DNA from: Ruditapes philippinarum
Taxonomy: Eukaryota
Assembly: GCF_026571515.1 (NCBI RefSeq)
Contig: NW_026862419.1
Span: 1-64,000, forward strand
Direction: 5' to 3'
DNA: 64,000 nucleotides
Shown here one piece after another: positions 1-10,400 of the stretch (position 1 is the stretch's first letter; every line of letters starts with the position of its first letter). A program made the translations under genes and the position numbers. The notes below the pieces were generated by a model. It did not search any database and was not told where the DNA came from. It was given only the letters and a program-made list of their open reading frames with translations.

Positions 1-659
1 GCCAATGTCGCCTATCGGCGACTAGATGTCACATGTTTTGCCACGTGTGTTTACTTTCATTTTGCGACACTCATTTTAACGACATCTAGACTACTTTACG
101 GCAAATAGACTGTTTTACGTTATTAAACGCGGAAGTGAAGAAAAATCAATGTAAAAAAAGTCATTTTTATCGATTTTGAAGCAGTTTTTTCGAGTGAAAC
201 TTGTTTTGTAATTGGCAGCAACAAAATGGCGACTCGCTATTCAACTACAGACGTTCTTTTAATGATTGCAAATGTGTAATAGAAGGCTATATATTTATAT
301 TAGTATCTTTTTTATGTTAAAGGAAGATAACTGTAAATATAGACAACTTTTGAAGAGTTTTGAAGAGTTTGGTATACCGAGAAATGACAATAAATGAAAT
401 TATACCTAATTTTTGTCGTTTAAGGTCAGGCAAGGTCAAGGTTAAGGTCACATTCTCAAAATTTACATATTTGGAATGTATCATCATAAAGAGTAACATA
501 AATACAATATTTCCTGAAAGTTTCATCAAAATCTATCAACAAATAAGTATTTTAGGGCTAGTTTTGTATATACACTATATACACTATATTTCCTGGAATT
601 GTCTGTTATTTATTTGGCACTGGGACAATCGTTTTCTCAGAAAATTGGCAGCGAAAGAG

Positions 660-1107
660 AATAACAATAATTATCTTTAAAACTTCATTAAATGCCGTTT
701 TATTGTTAAAAAAACATTTTTACAACATTAAAATTTTTGGCCGCTAGGCCGCCAGGCCGCTGGGCCGCCAACTTCACAAAAAATGACAAAATTAAAAAAA
801 TCTCTGAAAGTGATTTTTTCTTTAGATATATCGTTTAAATAACAATAATTATCTTTAAAACTTCATTAAATGCCGTTTTATTGTTAAAAAACATTTTTAC
901 AACATTAAAATTTTTGGCCGCTAGGCCGCCAGGCCGCTAGGCCGCCAACTTCACGCCGCTAGGCGCCAGGCCGCTGGGCCGCCAACTTCACGCCGCTGGG
1001 CCGCCAGGCCGCTAGGCCGCCAACTTCACGCCGCCAGGCCGCTAGGCCGCTAGGCCGCCAACTTCACACCGCCAGGCCGCTAGGCCGCTAGGCCGCCAAC
1101 TTCACAC
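660..1107. repeat. Duplicated ~118 bp block (~660-777 and ~840-953) followed by a GC-rich GGCCGC(C/T)A / ACTTCAC simple tandem repeat
   Basis: The block aataacaataattatctttaaaacttc...ggccgccaacttcac occurs twice. Arrays of ggccgcta/ggccgcca punctuated by acttcac run to ~1107. Confidence 0.85.
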
Positions 1108-1369
1108 ATCTGTAATAAACGGTATTTTTGTAATCAGTGGCAAATCAAATGTTCATAAATCACAAATTTCAATAGTATCTATGTTCATGCGAAGAGATAT
1201 GCAAAAACTTTGTAGCCATCTTATAATTCAAACACTAAGTTTGCATTAACATTTTAATTTAGTATTTTCACACACATTTTATTAGTACATCTGATTTGCT
1301 TGCAAATCCCTATTTATTAGCCCTAAAGAAAAATAAACTTAAAGAGTGCCAAATTTATTTAAATTTTAT

Positions 1370-2620
1370 TTAATTTATTTGAACTCTACCTGGATAAACA
1401 AACCTATTCTCCCTAATTTCGCCATCTTTTGACTGTATAACTGTTAAATGGTGTCTTTTTTGCTTGACTTTCTTTGACATTAACTTTGAGTCAGCTCTTA
1501 AGAATGGATACATTTCTAAAAGCTCGGCTTCGATACAGTCTACGAGAATCCACGTGTAGAGAGTTCGAAATTCGAGAGACTTCCGGTTGTAATTAATTGA
1601 GGACATTCCGTCAATATCAATTCTGTATGCCGCTTGGTTTAGTAACATTTCCCGATGTGGATTGGGTGGATTGGAAGAATCTTGTGTGTGTTTTAGAGCC
1701 CTGAATACTCCAATATGATCTGGAGGGCGTTGAAGAGTCATGTTTCTAGCACGGATTCTTTTAAACATATCGTCATCCTCACCTCCCCATCCGAAATAGA
1801 GGTTGGAAAACCCGTTTATTTTGGCATATTGCAAAGTAGTAAATGCTATTACCCCACCCACGTATCCAGAGTACGGAAGCTTTCCATTTTCAAATGCAGA
1901 ATTTTGTGTGACCATATGTTTTGGTCCGTACTCACTACATCTGTATAAATTGTTGTCATTTATTGGTACAAGGTCTACATCATGAATGATATAGCACGTG
2001 TAATTCACGATACTTCCGGCTGTTAGAAACCCAACGTTTGCTAGGATACCGCGGTTAAACTGAACGGGTAAGGCCATTTCTACAACATATATTCCGTAAA
2101 ACACTCTTTGTCTTTGTAGCATATTGTGTAAATGATTAACTAAAATTTTTAATTGGTCCGGACGATCTCTATAGGGAATTATTACGGCTACATTCTGTGA
2201 CGAGCGACAATCTGGTGGTCTATAAACTCCACCATACTTTACTTTCGCTATAGCCTTTGCATTCATGACATCTTTTGCTGTAACTGATGAGGACATTTCA
2301 ATTCGGCCAGCCAAAAGTTTAGGTTTGATTTTGCAAATTGCGAGATTTTGTTTTTCAGGCCATACTAGTTTTAATGAAAAGTTTCCATTTGAAGAATTTC
2401 TATATGTTGTATAGTTATAGGCTGGGGTATCAGTCGTGTGTACGGTCTTCTGTTTCACGGAACAATTTTCTAACTTTCGGCTATTCCATATGTCATTGCG
2501 CTCTTCTATGGAGTTAATCTGTGTCTGACAAACGCTTGTCATATAGATCATGGTAGAAATAAGACAAACACTTAAAATCCACATGAACATGAGATATATT
2601 TTAGACATTTTTAATTTCAT
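1370..2620 (-). CDS. GT7-family beta-1,4-galactosyltransferase / beta-1,4-GalNAc-transferase-like type II Golgi membrane protein, 416 aa, single coding exon
   Basis: N-terminal hydrophobic anchor (IYLMFMWILSVCLISTMIYM), stem region, then GGVYRPPDC, AVIIPYRDR, FNRG, HDVD (DxD), LPYSGYVGGV and NGFSNLYFGWGGEDDD, all hallmark GT7 motifs. Confidence 0.95.
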   Translation of the reverse strand: MKLKMSKIYLMFMWILSVCLISTMIYMTSVCQTQINSIEERNDIWNSRKLENCSVKQKTVHTTDTPAYNYTTYRNSSNGNFSLKLVWPEKQNLAICKIKPKLLAGRIEMSSSVTAKDVMNAKAIAKVKYGGVYRPPDCRSSQNVAVIIPYRDRPDQLKILVNHLHNMLQRQRVFYGIYVVEMALPVQFNRGILANVGFLTAGSIVNYTCYIIHDVDLVPINDNNLYRCSEYGPKHMVTQNSAFENGKLPYSGYVGGVIAFTTLQYAKINGFSNLYFGWGGEDDDMFKRIRARNMTLQRPPDHIGVFRALKHTQDSSNPPNPHREMLLNQAAYRIDIDGMSSINYNRKSLEFRTLYTWILVDCIEAELLEMYPFLRADSKLMSKKVKQKRHHLTVIQSKDGEIRENRFVYPGRVQIN

Positions 2621-4059
2621 TTTATTGCCTATTTATACACAAATCCTGAAGTATATGCCATGAAGATTAGTGGCTGTCACATGAAGGAGAACATTTAACC
2701 GTTATATTTTCTATACAATTTTCTTAGTGCATACAACGACATCAATTTCGTTACTTCCATACGGTTAAACACAGACCGTTTCTGGCTTTATGAATCAATT
2801 CTTGCAAAAACTTTGGTTTATTCCCATTAACCAGCCACTATTACATCGAATCAATTATAACTTTGAAAACAAGCCCGGGTTTGTACTTATTACCACTTTG
2901 TCACAGTATATTTGACATCCATATTTTGAAATATATTACAAATAGCGCGGAACTCATTTAAACAGTGTGCCAATGTAGTGAGAATAAAAAACTGGATAAT
3001 AGAAAAATAATACATATCATTAAATATAGTTTGTCCTAAATACCAATAATCAAGTTTGCTCAAAGACCTATAAATTCAACAACAAAAAAAAGAGTTTAAC
3101 CTTACAGCAATAGAAATTGGCCGCAAACAAATGTTCAACTGTTATATAAATAAAATAAATATGAATAATTTAACTGTGGTCGAAAACTGACCCAAGAATG
3201 TTTTATTTGTATTTTTAAATAATACAATGGTTACTTTTTATGCTTTTGTTCACTTCATTATATCACAAACATTTTTTTTTCAATATTTCTAAAAATCATT
3301 AACATTTTATCTACCATATTATACTTTTAAACTGAGATCTTTCAAAGTTCTTTAATCTACAAAAGTCACATGTAATTTCAGCAATCGATTCTCAAAAAAT
3401 CATTTATGGTAAAAATGACTTTACATTTACTTTTTTATTTTTAAACGTTTATCAAAAAAGACCTTAAAATGACATGATTTCAATTTATTTCAGTTTTACT
3501 CATGCCTTCTGAAATTGAAAAAAAAGTTTAAACACTATAAAATCATATTCATTTAGTTGCCCGTACCTATATTATGGCTCCTTTAGGTATTCCTAGTTTG
3601 ATTTTAGAAATTGGAAGCTACCTGAATTTTCTATAGATATATTTTCTGTGATGAATTTAACTAGTCTAGGATTTCTAAGTCGTGTTTAATGCAGTATCAA
3701 ATGTAATAACTGATATAAGAATCTTAGGACTTAGGAATTATATTGCCAGAAACCGCCCAAAACAACACAATCATTTTGAATATAACGTGCGTAGTAAAAT
3801 TTAAAAAACAATGCGAAATGGTTCATTACATTGAAAAACAAGTGACGTCATGTGATAAAATTGCGTACCTTTTATTTCAACCGTTATCATGAGTTTTAGA
3901 TAAATATTAATTGATTGCAAAGCTGCTCCCAACATCTGTATCAAATATGGCGGGTATTGCCTAAGACAATAACCATTCTCAGTTAACAAGAACTTCATGA
4001 TCGATTGATTTACCTTTTTCATGCGACATGTGGTTCCATGGATCTAGTTTTTAGTAGCA

Positions 4060-4185
4060 TGGAACAGAAAAGAACAGAACAGACTGAACATAGATGCGCA
4101 GAACAGAACAGAACAGAAGAAATCAAAACAGAACAAAATTGAATAGAGTAAAAAAGAATAAAATTGAATGAAAAAGAAAAGAATT
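4060..4185. repeat. Degenerate (GAACA)n pentamer / purine-rich simple repeat
   Basis: gaacagaaaagaacagaacagactgaaca...gaacagaacagaacagaaga. Confidence 0.75.
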
Positions 4186-4324
4186 TAGGGACTGTCAAAT
4201 AAATCATTCAAAATGTTAACTCGAAATAACAGGTTAAAGATTAAAAGAAAAATGTTCAAAATCAAATCAAATTAAGTATTAGCTTTTAAACTTATTTATC
4301 AATTTCCAGTCACGTTGCAATCAT

Positions 4325-4394
4325 ATGATAACAATTGTTATCATGTATATAAGATATAGATATAAATATATCTACATTTACCTCACAGTCATTT
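4325..4394 (+). promoter_or_regulatory. Putative core promoter of the poly-saposin gene: palindromic double GATA site, TATA box, Inr-like element
   Basis: Perfect 20 bp palindrome ATGATAACAATTGTTATCAT at 4325-4344. TATAAATA at 4361-4368. TCATTT at 4389-4394 places its A 30 nt after the TATA start. ATG at 4428. Confidence 0.5.
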
Positions 4395-4427
4395 TAATCA
4401 AGTGATTCTACTTCACTGTGTTTAAAA

Positions 4428-4470
4428 ATGCGGATTTTAATTTTAATATTGCTTGTTGGAATAACTATCG
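4428..4470 (+). CDS. Poly-saposin exon 1, signal peptide MRILILILLVGITIG
   Basis: ATG in aaaaATG context, hydrophobic core, phase-1 donor G|gtatgc that fits the next exon (GAPAVSEVGPCEVC). Confidence 0.8.
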
Positions 4471-7400
4471 GTATGCATTTTTGTATATTGACATTCATAT
4501 CATATTTGAATAAGTTTGAACGAGTCCATTCTTATTTATATAATAAAAAAAATGAAATAAAGTGACATTATGTCCATCCAAGTATACAAAGTCAGTGGAC
4601 ACTTATATATATATAATAGATTTTTAGCCGTAATGTAGTTCAATTTACTTTATGTATAACTATAAAAAAATCAATAATTCAATGTCACCAATGAAAATTG
4701 CTATAAATATCGCTAAATTCCTAAAAATAGTGGAGAAGTTGTTTGTTTTGTTTTTTTTTACTTTAGTAGTGTTTAAATTGTATCATACACATTTTGCATA
4801 ACCAATCATTGGTCAATCACCATTATACCAATCAATCTTTTAAAAAATTATATTACTGATTCATTTCAACTTGACAATGAAATAATGTACATAATGCCAC
4901 TTCAAAATATTAACATATATTTGAATAATGTGCTTATTTCTTTCACATTAAACAATGGTTTTAAAATATCCAGGAAGTATTTATTCACGAATAGATTTTT
5001 GGCATGTTTACAAATGAGGCAAATATATGTAATTATCGATTAAGCAATACTGGTTTATAGAGCATGGCTAATTAAAAAAAACACTCTCTGTTTCCACAAG
5101 TAAATATTAAGACACTGTTTTCATTAATTTTGTGACATTGAAAACGCTAATGATAAGAATAAATATATTATTGCCTTGCATAAGTTGTATAAGTATATGA
5201 TAAATGTAGATCTACACTTTTGTATGAAACAGGAGCCCCAGCAGTTTCTGAAGTCGGGCCATGTGAAGTGTGCCATTTACTAGTCGGGGAGGTCCAAGAC
5301 CTTCTAACAACACAACAAACACAGGTTCGTCGAACAATGCTATTTATAGATAGCCACAACATTTCTTCCTTAAATTTCCTGATTTCATGATTATTTACAG
5401 TAGTTTTGTATTAATCTTTTGGAATTAATGCATTTTGGAACTTTATAAAATCAACAAATATTGCCTGCTTGAAACAGGTTACTCTAAGTTTGTGATAGAA
5501 CTGGTCAACTTAAAATCTTTATCACCTACTGATCCACCATATATGCTTAAAGATTCAATATTTCAGAAAAAAACATTAAAGCAAAACCAACCGCATGCAC
5601 TTTTCGAGTAACCGGATTAATAACTTACAGATTTATAACTTTCTTACTGCGTTTGTGTAAAATAACCTTAAAATTATTTTCTTTTAAATTTACTCGATTT
5701 CCCCCAAAATAAATTAACTTTTACTGATAAGTTAAAAAGAGTATAGCTTGATATTTACTTGAATATTTCTTTGATGTCGGCAAGCAATTAGTTTTTTACT
5801 CATCATTCACAAATGCATATATCTAACAGGCTATCAGTAAAGGTCAGGGGTACAAGTATATGACTGTCTCTAGCGTTGATAGGCAAGATTATTTTACTCA
5901 AATCTTCACTAAAATAAACCTAGGATTAGTTGATATAGGTTAAAACTTAGATAAAATATCTTTCATGAATACGTGAAATAAAGAATGATGTCGATCTACA
6001 AAAACAGATAAACAAAGTCAGTATTGCGTATTATAATTTTTTTTTTCAAATTAAAATGCGTCTGATTTTTCGTCGTATAAAAATCAAACATTCAGGTTAT
6101 TTTATTCCAAATAATATAAGATATCAATTTCATCCAATTTGATCGAATTTTAATCACTTCTCAACCGATCATTTGCTTGTTTAACATTAAATATGATTTT
6201 GAACGTTTCTACATATACTTAACCTTGTATACTTAGGGGGAGTATAAAATTATTATCATGTTCCCCTCTTGTTCAATATTTGTTTTATTAAAGGGTTCGA
6301 TATCAAGCTATGTCAACGACGCTTGCGCAAAGCTACCATCAGAAGAAAAAGACGTCTGCAATAGCTTTCTGAAAGAACATTCAGGAAGTCTTTTCAACAA
6401 ACTGATAAAAGATCTGGTAAGTACATTGTATAATGTGTTGCAAAAATGTAACTGTCACAGTTACATGCTTTTAGCGGACGTTTTAATAACATTAAATTTT
6501 CTTATACAAGTCTGAAACTTTAATAAACTTTAATTTAAGGTTGGGGTATGACCGAGCGTTTGAAGTCTCGGGCAAAGCTCTTTTTTTACGGATTAAACTA
6601 TTGCTTTGGACCTTGTCAGTGCTGAGTCTTTGTTTTTTACCAAGAACTTTAGAAGCTTTTCTTTCGCATGATTGGCCTTAAACAATTTCTCTTTCATTTA
6701 ACTAAGCTAAGAATTATTGCGCGATTCTTATGAATCACAGCAGGCGTTCTACAACTGTACATTGTTCTTGATTTCCGCAAGATTTTGCATAAAATCAACG
6801 GCGTTCACATTTATGTTGGCAGTGTTTATAAAACATTGGTTTAAAACGTTCCTTATATATTGACACACGCTTTATAAACATGATATGAAATCTGTACGTT
6901 TTTCTCCCATATTAAGAGTGTACTAGTATAACTTCTCACGATCTTGATAATGATATTCTTGACATGTGAGAAGCGAATGTGTTGAGAATGTAACACTTTA
7001 CCATTGATCCATGCAGCCCATTTATGTTTTTATCAGTGAGTTCTTAATGTTGTAGACACCACACGAGTTTTGTCAAAGTCTGACAGACGTTTGTCCGTCA
7101 AATAATGAACAACCGGAACCGGAAGTTGAGCAAGAGGAAGAAACAGAAAATCCATCCGGCGTAAGTGTTAACAATTTACGTTGAATTATGAAACGCGCTT
7201 TATGTTGGATACTTTGCATATATACATTACAAATAATATATATTAAGAGCATTTAGCCTTTTATTAAGTTTTACACAGTAACATTTGCGCTGTTTCTTCC
7301 CGACACAAATGTGCATTTCAGATACAAAAACTGTTTATTTATTTATTATTAATGTTTTTATTTAATACTGTGTGATATAATGTTTCAAACCAAACAAAAA

Positions 7401-10400
7401 AATCTTAGACAATGATATGAATATTTTCTTACGTTTCATTATATATTTTGCATTTAATATAAAACACATGTTGATATATATTGTAGAACCCTCTAGAATG
7501 TGAGCTATGTAAACTGGCAGTTCTTGGTATTGACAAAATAATCAAACAGAACAGATCATCAGCAGCTATTAATGATACACTTGAAAAGTTCTGTAATGAT
7601 CTTCCTGATCAAATAAAAGATGTGGTCTGTACAATTATTTTTCCTACATTTTGTTAATATTAGCGTATAAGACGCACACGTGTATAAAACGCATATTCAA
7701 TTTAAATATTTATGTTATGAGAAAAATAACGGCGAATGAATGAAAACACTTTTCATGCAAATGAATCAAATTTAGTCTTGTGTTCTAGTGTATGTGTAAA
7801 TAACGCGAGATTATAGATCTTTATATGAAAGAACAACAACAACAACCAAAAAAGGAAAAGAGAAAAAACGATATATAACGTAAAAAACCTAGGTTACAGT
7901 CTGCGTGGAATAATATGTTTATGTTTTCCATTTTTGTAAAGAATGGACAGTTAGAAAGTTGAATATAATGTTTCAATAGATGCAGAAATATTTAATGTCT
8001 AAATATGTTATATCAGTGATTGACGTCAATATCCATATATTAATACGTATATACTTTCTTGCTGTTTTTTTAGTGTATTAAGATTGAACCCCTCATTCTA
8101 AAGGGACTTACAAATGGATTTGAACCTGGAGTTGTTTGCAAGTTTGCGACGCTGTGTTCACGTACGTATTTTTTTTTTCATTTTAAATGAGAAGCGTGAA
8201 AACCCTGAACTTGGCCTTTGATTGTGTCTCTTATCTGGATCAAAGTTAAAACTGGGTGAACATTGTATCAAAGATGATTTGATTTAAGATAAAATCACAA
8301 TGCCTTCTGATAACAGGCATAACTTTGCTCTTATGATGCAGAATAAACCATTGATATTCATATCAAAAGTGAAATTAAAACATGTACGCAGCACTTGCGA
8401 AAGTCATCGGACAAAGGTTCACAACACCTGACCTAATGTCAAATATGTACACACGCAATTCGAACAGGGGCGTTGACTTATTTGCGAAATAGTAATACGA
8501 TGACAGGTGATGATAAAATTTGTCAATATGTTTGAATTTGATTGGAAATCAATTGGAGCAATTTTACAATGAATAAAAAACCCTTTCGACTATCTTATTT
8601 TAAAGAAATAACTTTAAATATTTTATAAAGCAGAATGACTACTCTTTGACACATAGTGTAAATTAAGTCTTTCAGAACACAGGAAAACAAAAACAAAAAT
8701 CAATAAATATATGTTAACAAACAAAAAAAGAGCAGTCACTATACAGTCAATAACTATGAATAGTTGAAGCAGTATCAGTTATATTACATATGTTCACGTG
8801 TATATACGAGGGGTGTTCAAATATGAATGCAACTAGGCCAATATCTCGCTTTTAGCCACGTTTTGCACAAACTATGTACATGTATCACATAGTTGGTTGT
8901 GTAAGCGCTTGATTGATACAATAAATGTGTAAATCAGTTCAGTCTAGCTTTGACAATAGCTCGATTAACGCTATCCACTAGCATATACTAAAGCTTAAAT
9001 GGTTGGAAAAATGACCAAATACGGTCCTATATCAAAAACCGCTGCATTCTTGGTATACATGCGAAATACATATTTATTGAAATATTTCGTGTTTATGGGA
9101 ACAATGAACTTTTTTTTCCCATATGTCACACGATGGTGAAAGAAATTTAAAAATGGTGTGGATTCGGTAAAAGATGCACCTCTTGCACGTCGTCCGAAAA
9201 CTTCGCCAAATGTGGTTGAAAAGTAAAGGATTTGATTGCTACAGATGCAAGATTCACAACTAGGTATATAGTTAAATGTGTTGGTATCTGAAGCCGCTCA
9301 TACAATTCGATTTAAAAATGAGAAGGATAAGTACCAGATGGATACCCCATCTCCTTACAAAAGAGTAAAAAACTTGCTTGGGTAAGAATCTCCAAACAGT
9401 TCCATGAATACAACAATCGTTCTTTCGCAAACATCATCACTGGCAATGAGTTGTGGGTTCACTTTTATGAGCCAAAGCGAAAGATACATAACAAGATATC
9501 GGCAACCAAAAGAAGTCTAATACATTACATAGGAAAACGCACCATGAGCGTCAAAAATGTCATGTATGTAATTTACTTTACCAAATAAGGTCCTGCTATT
9601 CAAATTGCCGTACCAAAGGGTAAATATGTAAATGCCAAGTTTTGCAAAGGCAAGGTACTTCATAAATCAAAGAAATATTTCAAAAACCGTCGACCAGCAA
9701 CTGACGACCGAACGATAATATTTGAAAGACTAAATAGTTGTCGATATCCCCCAAATTCATTCAAAATATTTTGCCCCTTGAGACTTTTCCTATTTCCGAG
9801 TCTCAAAAAACACCTTGTCGGAAGAAAAATATCAAACGCGAAACAACCTCGGTTGGCTTTTTGTCAGTGTCTTAACTGTTTACCACAATTTTTTTTATAA
9901 AAACGCATTTTAAAGTTGGATTAAAATAATAAAACTTTGTATATCACATGGTGGTGAGTATTTTGAAGGATTGAAATAAATTATTTGACACTGTTTTGTT
10001 AAGGGCCACAATTTCTGGAAAATTGAAGTATGTCGCATATTGTTGGGTTTCAATATTTGAACACCCAACTTCGAACATGTGTCTTTGAAATTGTTTAAAA
10101 AAGGTTTATTTCCTTAAGATCAATATTATGTTGAGAATCAGATGACCACTTTCTTAGTGTATGTTATGATGATAAAAATGTTAAAAATCAAAAAGTCGAC
10201 CTTAAATCCAGATGATATTTATGTATATTTCTAGTGGATACATGAAGAAGCTTAGTGTCACTTAAATAAATCCAATGATGAACGTATGTATATTCGCTCA
10301 TGAAACGTCTAGGGGTCAAGCTGTATTAGGGTACCATGCATTTTGATAGTTTATATTCGGTATATTAGTACTCTCAAGTATCATAACATTTTAAGATCAA

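Noticed and set aside
317-680. ORFs 317-529 and 360-680
   Set aside because: AT-rich, overlap a repeat fragment (aaggtcaaggt...aaggtcaca); no protein features.
1370-2620. Calling the GT7 gene B4GALT7 or bre-4
   Set aside because: Mixed motifs (YVGG but GWGGEDDD; Tyr at the specificity site); needs phylogeny.
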